From positions 170,736 to 234,735 of IMG/VR virus record IMGVR_UViG_3300046005_000547: a stretch of 64,000 bases of DNA. One strand, 5' to 3'. Shown here in pieces: positions 30,139-40,053 of this stretch; position 1 is the first letter of the stretch; the number at the start of each line of letters is the position of its first letter. Below the pieces are notes generated by a model. That model was not told the origin of the DNA. It saw nothing but the letters and a program-made list of their open reading frames with translations, and searched no databases. A program made the position numbers and the translations under genes.

Positions 30139-30318
30139 ATGTTTGCCCTTTTGTTTAAAATTACATTATACTCTATAATGTTTAAAATAGAAATCTTCTT
30201 AATACATTACATATAATACACAAATCTAATGGAGTTCAGAATAATATCTGAACTCCATGTTTATCACCAACTAATTGTCCATGTATAATTTACAGTGGAA
30301 TGTCATTTTCGATATTCA

Positions 30319-31047
30319 TTATTGTTTCCGTTTAATCAAAGTTTGTTTCCAATCAATTTCACCAGACTGGATAGCGTCATACAATTTATCGTCTAAAGAT
30401 ATTGATTCGTATGAATTATCATTGATACCTTCACCCCACATTTCTGTTTCATCTCTGTCTTCCATAATAGGTTTAAATCTGTAGAACATTCCCTCTGGTA
30501 TTAAATTGATACCAACCAAATCAATAGAAAAATACTGCATATCTTCGGAACAATTCTTATTCCATACGTTACCAGTAATGAAATCATTGTATGTGATGAC
30601 ATCTTTATTTACATTAGTTCTGAAAATAATAGTTGAATAATTATATAATTCGTTCCCAATATCAAAGAATGTTTTAATATACTCGTATTGACCGTTTCTA
30701 CCATTATCCCAATATCTTTCTTTGCGCGTTGGTGCCGTTTCAAATTCAAACAATTCGCCGTCTTCATCCATGGCAGCACAAACTGCCCAATCGTTTTTGA
30801 ATTCATAATTTAACAATCCAGGATAAATTGGTTTATCGATTGTTCCGTTGTAATGATTTACAAAATCTCTAATATCAGTATCAGAATATCCATTATCATT
30901 CAAACAATTATGAATTTCTTCAAATAATTCAATACGTTCTAATTCTTCTTTAATCAAATTTACAGGAACATTAACTTGTTGATTGGTTGATGTATCTTTC
31001 ATGTTTAAAATGTAATCCGATTGTTTGGTTGTGTTAATAATAATCAT
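30319..31047 (-). CDS. Hypothetical protein
   Basis: Long ORF with AGGAG RBS. Confidence 0.7.
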   Translation of the reverse strand: MIIINTTKQSDYILNMKDTSTNQQVNVPVNLIKEELERIELFEEIHNCLNDNGYSDTDIRDFVNHYNGTIDKPIYPGLLNYEFKNDWAVCAAMDEDGELFEFETAPTRKERYWDNGRNGQYEYIKTFFDIGNELYNYSTIIFRTNVNKDVITYNDFITGNVWNKNCSEDMQYFSIDLVGINLIPEGMFYRFKPIMEDRDETEMWGEGINDNSYESISLDDKLYDAIQSGEIDWKQTLIKRKQ

Positions 31048-31059
31048 TTGGTTCTCCTG

Positions 31060-31596
31060 TTATTTTGTTGGGTCTAAATTCATTGATGCTTTACTTCTTT
31101 TGATGGCTTGTTCTCTGGTTGGATACGCTAATCCATTTTCAATATAAAACAATGATGAATGTTCATACTTCAACGTCGTATAAAAATTAGGATTCATGTT
31201 TGCTATATAGAAAATAGACCCTTCTCTAAATCCATCTCTTTGACCGTCTTCAACAAACCAACCATTTACGTTTATTTTTGGTAATTCTTTAATTCTTCTG
31301 TATTTTACTGTTCCTGATCGATGGTCATGAAAATCGGGGTGTTCTGTACAATTAACGTATCCAAATTGTGTTAATTTTTGCCATTTTTCATATGGTGTTG
31401 AATTATGTTTCCAATCTTCTGAATATGCATCAATCATAATGTTAATATCTCTACAATCGGAGAATTCCGTTACAATACAATTATCTCGATACATTCTATT
31501 ACATTTCCCGCATTTAAATTCATTTTGGTATCTAGAATCAACGCCCTTTTTAGATATAATACCATAACAATCTTCACAATGTAATTCATCTTGCAT
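31060..31596 (-). CDS. Hypothetical protein; N-terminal Cys pairs, C-terminal domain shared with 41065-41556
   Basis: CEDC..CGKC; INVNGWFVEDG...GLAYPTREQAIKRSKASMNLDP. Confidence 0.7.
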   Translation of the reverse strand: MQDELHCEDCYGIISKKGVDSRYQNEFKCGKCNRMYRDNCIVTEFSDCRDINIMIDAYSEDWKHNSTPYEKWQKLTQFGYVNCTEHPDFHDHRSGTVKYRRIKELPKINVNGWFVEDGQRDGFREGSIFYIANMNPNFYTTLKYEHSSLFYIENGLAYPTREQAIKRSKASMNLDPTK

Positions 31597-31626
31597 TTCT
31601 TATACTCTTAAAATTAACATATTTCT

Positions 31627-31654
31627 ATTATACTTTATAAAACGAAATAAGAAA
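31627..31654 (-). promoter_or_regulatory. Early-type promoter
   Basis: TTTCTT-N16-TATAAT. Confidence 0.55.
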
Positions 31655-31659
31655 GAATC

Positions 31660-32577
31660 TTATGTAATAAAAGTATGGTTTGTTGATTTAATATGTCTAG
31701 TTACATGGGATAGACTGTTTGTTTTAAATGAACAATCTTTACAATAATGCATTACATCAGGCGTTCTATTTGGATTTCTATCAGGATTTTGTTTACAATT
31801 ATCATTATGATATTTTGTTATAATCGTTTTATTTTCAGATTCAAATCCACAAACATTACAAAAATGTTTCTTTACGTTTCTATCTGGATTCTGTTTACAA
31901 TTATCTCCATGGTATCTAACATAATTACCTTTATTAGAATACACAAATTCTTCAGAACAATGAATACAAACAAATTTCGGTTCAATCGTGTCTAAGAATG
32001 ATTTGGTTTCCAACATTTTCTTGTTCATTCTATCTCGTTCTTCAGATGACATATTAACATGCCATTCTGTAACAAGTTCAGATCTTAAATCTTTTATGTA
32101 ACTTTGACTGATTCTAATTTTCTCACTAATTGCATTTTGTTCTTCTTGCGTTCGTTTGGAAATAGTGTCAGCAATTTGATTCTTAATCCTTAATTTTTCT
32201 TCTTCTGATTTGGATTTTAAATTTTTAGAATGTTCTATATTTTTGAAAATAGACAATTCAGAATATTGTCTACTTGTGATTCCTTTTTGGTATACTCTAC
32301 ACAATTTATGTAAAGTAGGAAACGATTTCTTTAATATCCAATGGGCAACATAATGTTGACGTTTTGTTAAAATTATTCTATTCCAAGGAAATAATGTAAA
32401 ACATTCAAATTCAGGAAACATATCACTACCTCTAGGTAAAATATGATGTTTGTCTGTATGTTTCATCTTAGGGTGATTCTTTCCTTGTAAAGATGTAATA
32501 AATTTTATGTATCTATTCAGATAATGTATATTGTGCGGTTTGGTGTGTAAATGTTCTATAAATGTATTGTTGTTCAT
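31660..32577 (-). CDS. HNH homing endonuclease with C-terminal zinc-finger repeats
   Basis: KHHILPRG...NRIILTKRQHYVAHWIL; two CxxC...YH.DNCKQNPDRN repeats. Confidence 0.85.
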   Translation of the reverse strand: MNNNTFIEHLHTKPHNIHYLNRYIKFITSLQGKNHPKMKHTDKHHILPRGSDMFPEFECFTLFPWNRIILTKRQHYVAHWILKKSFPTLHKLCRVYQKGITSRQYSELSIFKNIEHSKNLKSKSEEEKLRIKNQIADTISKRTQEEQNAISEKIRISQSYIKDLRSELVTEWHVNMSSEERDRMNKKMLETKSFLDTIEPKFVCIHCSEEFVYSNKGNYVRYHGDNCKQNPDRNVKKHFCNVCGFESENKTIITKYHNDNCKQNPDRNPNRTPDVMHYCKDCSFKTNSLSHVTRHIKSTNHTFIT

Positions 32578-32633
32578 GTTTAGTAATAATTGAAAAATGG
32601 AGATAGAATTGACCTATCTCCATGTGTATATTA

Positions 32634-33995
32634 TTATCCCATTAGATCTTCTAATGAAACTGATTCGAATTTGTCTTTTAAATCTTGATGATATTCATCT
32701 AACCATTGTTGTCCTTTATCGTGAATCAATAAGAAATCATACCATTCTTTTGAGTCAAACATATGAGGATAAACCCCATTAAAGAATTCATGCCATTTTG
32801 GATTTGTTTTATCATGTTTAGAATTTTCAACAAATTGTTTTCTATGGTCTTCATATTCTTTAGAACCACATTCTAACAATCCATGTCTAAAATATGAGAT
32901 GACGCTTACTCTATGTGCATCTGGTTCATTTTTGATAATTTTTGTATTACCATGCATGATTTTACTATTATCGACAATTAACAAATCTCCTGGTCTTACA
33001 TTAACAGCAATTCTATATTCAGGGAATACTAGATACCCACCAGAGTAATTATCATTGTTAGATAATACCAACAAATTAGAAATAGCATCCTGTAAATTGG
33101 CTGCATCGAAGTGGCAACCCGTAACCCACGTGTTATTTACAGTTAGAGTGGTGAACACTGTTTCGGGAATCAAAAATGCTGGATCGATTTTATCTGTGGC
33201 ATCTTTTTGTAATTGCCATCTTCTTGGCATTAAATCTCTGAATCCTCGATTTAATGACTGGATAAATGGGTAACATTTTTTAAATTTATCAAAATGATGG
33301 TCTGTATAAGCAGTAGCTCTACCATAAGGTTGACGAGGATATCTACTCCACCACCCACAAACTCCACTCATGGCAGGAACCGCCATTGACGTTCCAGATA
33401 CATGTTTCTTATGGATTCGGATAGCTTCTGCTTGAGCATCTTCTCTACTCATCTTTGATAATGAATCCACCCATGATTCAAAATCAAACATTTCCTCACC
33501 ATACAGAACCCAGACGACACCCTTTGTTACAGTGGTATCATCTTTACGTTTCCGTAATTCAGATAATGTATCGTCATCATATAATGAATCTAACGGATTC
33601 ATGAAGTAATCAAAGATTGAACGTTGGTAATCAGATACATAATTACGTTTGGCATCTTTGTTGTTCGATTTATCGCGTTCTGTATATTTACCAGCAGCAG
33701 TTCCTCTATTGTTTGAAATAGTGGCAGCATCTTTCAATCCTTCTAATGCCATGTCTTGTTCTTCTTTTGTGAAGAAGTTCTTACGAAACTTGAACGCAAC
33801 TCTGAATTCATCAATACCTTTATCGCATGAATGACATTCAGATACACAATCAAGTTTTGTTGATAGGTCACAGACTGGTGGAGTATAAACGTCCGCATCT
33901 GATTCAATTAAAACATCATAAAATGAATCATCAATGAATGTTCCCAGTAAATGTTCACAATCAAGTTTTTCTTTTGCTACAATAATTTGAACCAT
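32634..33995 (-). CDS. TET/JBP-family 2OG-Fe(II) dioxygenase, paralog B
   Basis: PETVFTTLTVNNTWVTGCHFDAAN; IMHGNT; HRVSVISYFRH. Confidence 0.9.
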   Translation of the reverse strand: MVQIIVAKEKLDCEHLLGTFIDDSFYDVLIESDADVYTPPVCDLSTKLDCVSECHSCDKGIDEFRVAFKFRKNFFTKEEQDMALEGLKDAATISNNRGTAAGKYTERDKSNNKDAKRNYVSDYQRSIFDYFMNPLDSLYDDDTLSELRKRKDDTTVTKGVVWVLYGEEMFDFESWVDSLSKMSREDAQAEAIRIHKKHVSGTSMAVPAMSGVCGWWSRYPRQPYGRATAYTDHHFDKFKKCYPFIQSLNRGFRDLMPRRWQLQKDATDKIDPAFLIPETVFTTLTVNNTWVTGCHFDAANLQDAISNLLVLSNNDNYSGGYLVFPEYRIAVNVRPGDLLIVDNSKIMHGNTKIIKNEPDAHRVSVISYFRHGLLECGSKEYEDHRKQFVENSKHDKTNPKWHEFFNGVYPHMFDSKEWYDFLLIHDKGQQWLDEYHQDLKDKFESVSLEDLMG

Positions 33996-34022
33996 ATTTG
34001 TTATCCTGCTCTTGGAGTATTG

Positions 34023-34400
34023 TTAAAGAATTTTGAATTTAGACATTTGAATGTTTCTTAGTTGTTGAACATTTTGATTTACAACTACATCAACTGTTGA
34101 ATATCTATCGGAAGTAGAAACTAATTGTTCTGTTTCGGATAATTTAGAATTCATTGAATATAATAATTCAGTTTCTTCATATTTGTTCCAAATCTTGGAT
34201 ACAACATTTTCATTTAATGTTGCTTCAATACAATAACCAGTTACATTACATCTGAATCTTAAATTTGGATCCGTAATAGATTTGTTGAAGTATCCACAAT
34301 TTTTACATTGTTCTTTAATGGATAAATGTTCAACGTATCTCATACAGGTTGGAGCCACTGAATTAGTGGCTGTGATAATTTTATATCTAAATGATTTCAT
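34023..34400 (-). CDS. Hypothetical Cys-containing protein
   Basis: Coupled to helicase stop; CKNC...CNVTGYC. Confidence 0.6.
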   Translation of the reverse strand: MKSFRYKIITATNSVAPTCMRYVEHLSIKEQCKNCGYFNKSITDPNLRFRCNVTGYCIEATLNENVVSKIWNKYEETELLYSMNSKLSETEQLVSTSDRYSTVDVVVNQNVQQLRNIQMSKFKIL

Positions 34401-35800
34401 TAGAATACAAAGTCCGATGTTGATACTTGTTTTGTTTTAGTTAAAGATGGCATTGGATTATCCTTAAATGGAGTGTAATCTGTTGAACCCTTGCCAGAGA
34501 TATTTGCTTGAGCAGAATCTTCTAAATCAAACAATCGCATTTTAGAACGGTCAATACCAACAGTGAATCTTCTATGATTATCCAAAGAATTGTAACGATT
34601 CTTCAATTGTTTAATCATTAGTTGTTGCATACCTTCTAGTTCTTCAGTTGAAATGAGACCTAAGAATAAATCACAAGTTGCTGGTAACCCAAACGATTCA
34701 CTGGTATTGGTTAAATCCATATCCGTTGAATTTGCGGCGTCCCTCGTACTCTGAGTAGCTGAGATAATAGGAACTTCATATTCAACAGCCAATCCTCTGA
34801 ATTCCTCGGCAATTGATTTGACATAAGAATATGAATTAACACTGTTACCGAATTTTAATTTCTGAGAAGCGCAGATGTTAAGATAATCGATGATAATCAT
34901 ATCTGGTTTGAAATTCTTTTTTAATTTCAATTCTTCAAGTAACGCTCTGAAATGACCAACATGAGCAGAACTGGTTGGGTATTCTTTAATAATCAATTTA
35001 CCAATAGATTTATCCATTAATCGTTTGATTCTGGTTTCGAACAAGGATTTATCCATTGTTTCTAATTCAGCAATGTTGACATTCAATAGATTAGCGTCGA
35101 TACGTTCGGCAATCTTTTCTTCTGACATCTCAGCTGTAATATACAGGACGTTCTTACCTTGCGCAATAGTTGAAGCAGCAATATGACACATAACAAGAGA
35201 TTTACCAACGCCTGTGGATGCCAATAATACATTTAACGTCTTCTTACTTAGACCACCCTTTGTAATGTTATTCAATAATTCAATATCAAATGGAATCTTA
35301 TCTTCTTTTAGATGATACAAATCAAAACGAGATTCCCAATCATCAATATATGAATGTCCAATATTGGTATCAAACGATACAGCCAATGCGTCCGATAAAA
35401 TGCTTGGTAATGCGTCTTTTGTTACATTCTGAACTTTACCATCAATCACCTTAATAGAATGCATAATGGCATTATATAAAGCTCTGTCTTGACAATACCG
35501 TTCGGTTTCCTGGATTAACCATTCAATGTTGATATTCTTATCAGAATATGAATTGACTAGATTTTCAATATCCTTTAATTCATCTTCCTTAACGTCCGTT
35601 CTGTTAGAGGATTCAATTTGTATAATTTGTTTTGTTGGTAGAGTATTGTATTTGGAAAAATACGTATCTATTTGTTGTAGGATAATCTGTTCAGAACGTT
35701 CTTGGAAATAATCTAATTTTAAAAATGGCAAGACCTTCCGACAATACTCATCTGAATGGATTAAGTTTTCTAGGATTACATTTTCTATTCTATCGCTCAT
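34400..35800 (-). CDS. 41: T4 gp41-like replicative helicase
   Basis: LASTGVGKS Walker A; YITAEMSEEKIAERID; IIIDYLN; ISATQ; KQLKNRY. Confidence 0.97.
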   Translation of the reverse strand: MSDRIENVILENLIHSDEYCRKVLPFLKLDYFQERSEQIILQQIDTYFSKYNTLPTKQIIQIESSNRTDVKEDELKDIENLVNSYSDKNINIEWLIQETERYCQDRALYNAIMHSIKVIDGKVQNVTKDALPSILSDALAVSFDTNIGHSYIDDWESRFDLYHLKEDKIPFDIELLNNITKGGLSKKTLNVLLASTGVGKSLVMCHIAASTIAQGKNVLYITAEMSEEKIAERIDANLLNVNIAELETMDKSLFETRIKRLMDKSIGKLIIKEYPTSSAHVGHFRALLEELKLKKNFKPDMIIIDYLNICASQKLKFGNSVNSYSYVKSIAEEFRGLAVEYEVPIISATQSTRDAANSTDMDLTNTSESFGLPATCDLFLGLISTEELEGMQQLMIKQLKNRYNSLDNHRRFTVGIDRSKMRLFDLEDSAQANISGKGSTDYTPFKDNPMPSLTKTKQVSTSDFVF

Positions 35801-35801
35801 C

Positions 35802-36065
35802 TTACTCCTTTGTTAACACTCTTTCTTCCACTTGTTTAATTCCATCTATGATTGACATACATGGTAAATTAAATTTATGTTTCTCGGAGAAATCTATGAT
35901 GGCAAGACTAATCCAACCATCAGGATCCAAACCATATTCAATCCAATATCCGTTTGGTTCTATATAAACAAATATAGTTCTATTGGATACATAACATGTT
36001 TTCACATTATTATATACCCAACGCAAACTATATTCAAAATCTTCCCACTTACTAATTTTAAACAT
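35802..36065 (-). CDS. Hypothetical protein
   Basis: Packed ORF. Confidence 0.6.
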   Translation of the reverse strand: MFKISKWEDFEYSLRWVYNNVKTCYVSNRTIFVYIEPNGYWIEYGLDPDGWISLAIIDFSEKHKFNLPCMSIIDGIKQVEERVLTKE

Positions 36066-36624
36066 ACAATGCTAGATTATCCAATTTTGGTTTAAATTTC
36101 ATCAATCTAAATGAATACACAAGAATCTTCAACATATTTGAGTAATCTTCTGATTTACCAACAAATTTATGTTCAATATACAATTTGAAATTATCATGAG
36201 GAAAACATTCTACGGTGGCATGTTTAGAATCACCTAATCCAAATAATGAACGTTCACTTGGAAATTTGAATTCAACTATTAATCCGTTTTCCTTTGAATG
36301 TTCTGTTGACATCCACTTGGCGTGAAAATTCATTGACATAAATCCAGTCAAATCTGATATAATTTTACCACTGTTTCGTTGTAAAGATTGTAACAATAAT
36401 TCTTCCAATTCATTTAAAGTGTTCACCAAAATAAATGATGTATCGTCATTGAAATAACATTCAAATCCATTTATATTTCCCTTGACAGTTAATATCTGAA
36501 ATTGATTTTTGAATGTGAATAATTCCCCATCTTGTGAAATATCAAACCATTTTGAGATGTTTGTCTTATCGAAAATTTGAATTGGTAATGACATTATAGA
36601 TCCTCTTGTGATAAATTGTTCCAT
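36058..36624 (-). CDS. Hypothetical protein
   Basis: Packed ORF. Confidence 0.6.
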   Translation of the reverse strand: MEQFITRGSIMSLPIQIFDKTNISKWFDISQDGELFTFKNQFQILTVKGNINGFECYFNDDTSFILVNTLNELEELLLQSLQRNSGKIISDLTGFMSMNFHAKWMSTEHSKENGLIVEFKFPSERSLFGLGDSKHATVECFPHDNFKLYIEHKFVGKSEDYSNMLKILVYSFRLMKFKPKLDNLALYV

Positions 36625-37016
36625 TCTATGATGGTTTCGTTAAGTTTTTCTCTGATGTCCAATAATCTATCAACACCAACTTCAATTCCTGAGAATTCTT
36701 TACAAAAATCAATAAATCCTTCTTTTACATCAACTTTTTCATAAGAAGCAATTCCATTGAAATAGACAGTTGAATCGTTGTTGAAACCAATTGAAATTCC
36801 ATCAACATAAAGTTTAATCATACCAGATGGAGTGACATGGATCCAAGGATTTCCTTTGTAAGAAAGGGTTCTACCAACATTCATTGAATAAGACATAATG
36901 AAGTTTGAGACTTTGATTGAATTGTATCCCCCGAAGAAGAACTTTTTGAGAATTCCTTTACGGAACATTGAAGTTTCTGAAACGATTAAAGATTGAATTT
37001 CAGTATTGTTTGACAT
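36594..37016 (-). CDS. Hypothetical protein
   Basis: GAGG RBS after promoter 37057-37084. Confidence 0.7.
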   Translation of the reverse strand: MSNNTEIQSLIVSETSMFRKGILKKFFFGGYNSIKVSNFIMSYSMNVGRTLSYKGNPWIHVTPSGMIKLYVDGISIGFNNDSTVYFNGIASYEKVDVKEGFIDFCKEFSGIEVGVDRLLDIREKLNETIIEWNNLSQEDL

Positions 37017-37056
37017 TTGTAGATCCTCAAGTAAAGTATAAAAGTAATTACGTTCT

Positions 37057-37084
37057 ATTATACTTTACATTTAGAGATTCGAAA
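37057..37084 (-). promoter_or_regulatory. Early-type promoter
   Basis: TTTCGA-N16-TATAAT. Confidence 0.75.
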
Positions 37085-37096
37085 GAACTTTTTAGA

Positions 37097-37381
37097 TTAT
37101 TCTAAAATAGCTAACACATCATCTTCTCGGAGAATCAATAATGTTTCCCCATCAATCTTTGCTTCGATTCCAGCATTTCTACCAAATAACACTTTATCAT
37201 CAATGGAAATCGACATTGGTCTTAATGAACCATTTTCCAATGATTTACCAGAACCAACTGAAACAACAATCCCTTGACAAGGTTTCTCTGTTCCTGCGGT
37301 AGTTAAGATAAGACCACCAGCAGATGTCGTTTCTGCTTCAGTTCGTTTTACAACAATTTTATCATACAATGGTTTAATCAT
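37097..37381 (-). CDS. groES: Co-chaperonin GroES (bacterial type)
   Basis: IKPLYDKIVV...TSAGGLIL...EKP..GIVVSVGSG...LILREDDVLAILE. Confidence 0.95.
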   Translation of the reverse strand: MIKPLYDKIVVKRTEAETTSAGGLILTTAGTEKPCQGIVVSVGSGKSLENGSLRPMSISIDDKVLFGRNAGIEAKIDGETLLILREDDVLAILE

Positions 37382-37390
37382 TTTAATTCC

Positions 37391-38098
37391 TTATTTGGTT
37401 ACAACAGCGAAGGTGTTTTCTGACACTTGATAGTTTGAAATGAATTTCAATTTTAATTGTTTTTCAACAAATGTTTGTAATGTATAATTTTCTGGATATG
37501 GAAACTTCTTACGTAAAAGGCCGTTACCGCTTACGATTCCAATGTCACCAAATTCCTTTGAAATTGTATAGATTTTATGATATGATGGTGTCATAAAATC
37601 TACAATATCATCAACTGTATTACATTCTTGTTGCATTGATAAATCATGTTCATCTTTGATTGAATGATTTGTGACAAAATACATTGAATTTGTATTTTCA
37701 TTTACTCTAACATGACCAACAAGTTTCCCGTCTTTCCATAATTCAATGTATGTATCTAAAATTACATCATCAAATTGTCGTTTAATTTCTGTATTAAATT
37801 TAATGGCGAAATTCTTTTGGAAATTAGAGTTTGCATAAACATCCAATAATAATTGATTCTTATCAACAGTCTTCTTTAAATTAGAATGAGTTGCCAACAT
37901 TGTAATGAATTCAGGAATATCGTCTTTATCCACAATAATTGTATCCGAATCGTCTAATCCAAAGATTTTGACTGTTCCATCATTTTCGTAACTATCTGTT
38001 ACATAATAAACGTTTTCATTGGAACATTCTTGTTTTAATGACGTAGATATATACCCGTCTTCTTTTTCTTGTTCAATATACATTTTATTTTCCTTCAA
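37391..38098 (-). CDS. Hypothetical protein
   Basis: Long ORF in operon. Confidence 0.65.
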   Translation of the reverse strand: MKENKMYIEQEKEDGYISTSLKQECSNENVYYVTDSYENDGTVKIFGLDDSDTIIVDKDDIPEFITMLATHSNLKKTVDKNQLLLDVYANSNFQKNFAIKFNTEIKRQFDDVILDTYIELWKDGKLVGHVRVNENTNSMYFVTNHSIKDEHDLSMQQECNTVDDIVDFMTPSYHKIYTISKEFGDIGIVSGNGLLRKKFPYPENYTLQTFVEKQLKLKFISNYQVSENTFAVVTK

Positions 38099-38187
38099 TA
38101 GTGATTATGTTAAAATTTCTACATCTAAATGTTGATTCGGATAACCAACAAATACATTATAATTGATTATCCGTTAAAAGTAAAATC

Positions 38188-38667
38188 TTATCTATCGTTA
38201 TTTAAAATCGAATCATTACAATTCCCTTTAATTGAACCATTCACTGTTGAACATTTACCACCAATAGAACCTCCGACTTTAACGTTTCCATTGGTCGTTT
38301 TTACGTTACCAGCGACATTCTTTTCAATCTTAACGGATCCATTCGTGGTTTCGACTTCACCAACATCTCCAGTAACAAATACGTTTTCGCATACGTCTAC
38401 TTGTAATGATTCGATATTACCATTAATTGTGATGTTAATTGTTTTCTCATCATCAGAATTCACCAATTTGTCATTAACATACACTTTATTGTTTACAACT
38501 CGAACGTTTCTACCACCAGCATATTGTTTATCGTTTACAATAATACTACCAGCAACGTTATCTGTATCTTTTGAATTCCAAAATGCCATTTTATTTCTCC
38601 ATCTTCTTGAAAATGGTATCACAAATCTTAGGAACTTGTTCTCCTGCCTTACCTTCAAAGAATTCAA
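38188..38667 (-). CDS. Beta-helix repeat protein (DUF4097/adhesin-like)
   Basis: Repeats GDVGEVETTNGSV / GNVKTTNGNV / GKCSTVNGSI. Confidence 0.6.
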   Translation of the reverse strand: MNSLKVRQENKFLRFVIPFSRRWRNKMAFWNSKDTDNVAGSIIVNDKQYAGGRNVRVVNNKVYVNDKLVNSDDEKTINITINGNIESLQVDVCENVFVTGDVGEVETTNGSVKIEKNVAGNVKTTNGNVKVGGSIGGKCSTVNGSIKGNCNDSILNNDR

Positions 38668-39280
38668 ATTCAGCCCACATTGTTGATGGTTTAACTAAAT
38701 CCACCAATAAAATTTTACAGTCTGAACCGACGGCATCCAATAATGACGCAGCAGGATAAACTGATAACGACGTTCCAACCACAACCATGTAATCATAATG
38801 TTCTTCTTTAATCATTGCATATGCAGTTTCAAACATCGGAACATCTTCATAGAAGAATACAATATGTGGTCTTAATTGATTACCTTGTTCAGATAATGTT
38901 CCCACAAACATATCATCAGTCCAATCATATGTAAATCCTGTTACGGTATCTCTTGCTTTAAGTAATTCGCCATGTAGATGGATAACTTTGCTGGAACCTG
39001 CTCGTTCATGTAAATTATCAACATTGGTTGTGATGACTGTTACATCATGATATTGTTCCAATTCCTTGATAGCAATATGTGCTGCATTAGGTTCAACAGT
39101 CTGAACTTCTTTGCGTCTCATGTTATAAAATTCATGAACCAATTCAGGAGTTTCGGCTAATGCCTTTGGTGTACAAACATCTTCAATGTTGTAGTTGTTC
39201 CATAATCCATCTGAATTTCTAAATGTACTCAGACCAGATTCAGCTGATATACCAGCACCCGTTAAAAATAATATCTTCAT
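38591..39280 (-). CDS. Sir2/CobB NAD-dependent deacylase
   Basis: TGAGISAESGLSTFR, TNVDNLHERAGS, HLHGEL, LRPHIVFF, VGTSLSVYPAA. Confidence 0.93.
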   Translation of the reverse strand: MKILFLTGAGISAESGLSTFRNSDGLWNNYNIEDVCTPKALAETPELVHEFYNMRRKEVQTVEPNAAHIAIKELEQYHDVTVITTNVDNLHERAGSSKVIHLHGELLKARDTVTGFTYDWTDDMFVGTLSEQGNQLRPHIVFFYEDVPMFETAYAMIKEEHYDYMVVVGTSLSVYPAASLLDAVGSDCKILLVDLVKPSTMWAEFEFFEGKAGEQVPKICDTIFKKMEK

Positions 39281-39591
39281 AATAATTTCTCAATAAATTT
39301 ACCAAAAATGAATCCTTGATAGAAAGGATGAACTTCATTATAATGAATCTTATTTGTCCCACCCCATTCATCAAAGAATTCAACATATGGTATTTTTCCT
39401 TGTAAAATAGTGACTCTACAAGTTTTCCAACCACCAAAACAATACTCAATATCATAAATCCCATCTTGAATATCTTTCAACAAAATACCATCATTAAGTT
39501 CATCATATGTAATGTTTGGTAAATCATATGTGTCTTCTAATTGGGTTATCTGACGATACGATAATTGATTTTCATTATCTGATTTTAACAT
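39277..39591 (-). CDS. Hypothetical protein
   Basis: Coupled ORF. Confidence 0.55.
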   Translation of the reverse strand: MLKSDNENQLSYRQITQLEDTYDLPNITYDELNDGILLKDIQDGIYDIEYCFGGWKTCRVTILQGKIPYVEFFDEWGGTNKIHYNEVHPFYQGFIFGKFIEKLL

Positions 39592-39641
39592 TTTTCAATC
39601 CTCTATAAAGCGGAACATCCATTATAGATGTTCCGTCCAAA

Positions 39642-39899
39642 TTATTTGTATTGATGTTTTCGTTTAGATTGAGTCTTCCAACATTTATCTGAATGACGAT
39701 GTATATCATCCCATGAACTTGGTAATCTATTTGCTCTATTACGACCAGATACATGTAATCCAGTTTCAATTACATCAGGATCGATAAAACTCATCTTACG
39801 TTCTTGTGTTGTTCTAATGGTTCTGTAACCAACGTGCATAATTTTCTCCAATTGAATAAATTCAGTGGAACCCATTATTTCTGTTATGTAAAATTTCAA
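39642..39899 (-). CDS. Conserved phage hypothetical protein
   Basis: LPSSWDD...KCWK...HQYK C-terminal motif common in myoviruses. Confidence 0.6.
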   Translation of the reverse strand: MKFYITEIMGSTEFIQLEKIMHVGYRTIRTTQERKMSFIDPDVIETGLHVSGRNRANRLPSSWDDIHRHSDKCWKTQSKRKHQYK

Positions 39900-40053
39900 T
39901 CATTTTTCATCTTCCAGTAATTGTTCTACAACAGATTGTTTCCAACTCTGGTCGCCGACATTAAACAATTTCAATTGGTTGATTAACAATAATGAACCAG
40001 CTAATTGTATCTTCTCAATCGTTTGTTCATCATAAACTTGTGGTTCCGTTAAA

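Noticed and set aside
37097-37381. GroES without GroEL as a novelty
   Set aside because: Solo co-chaperonins are common in large myoviruses (T4 gp31 precedent).
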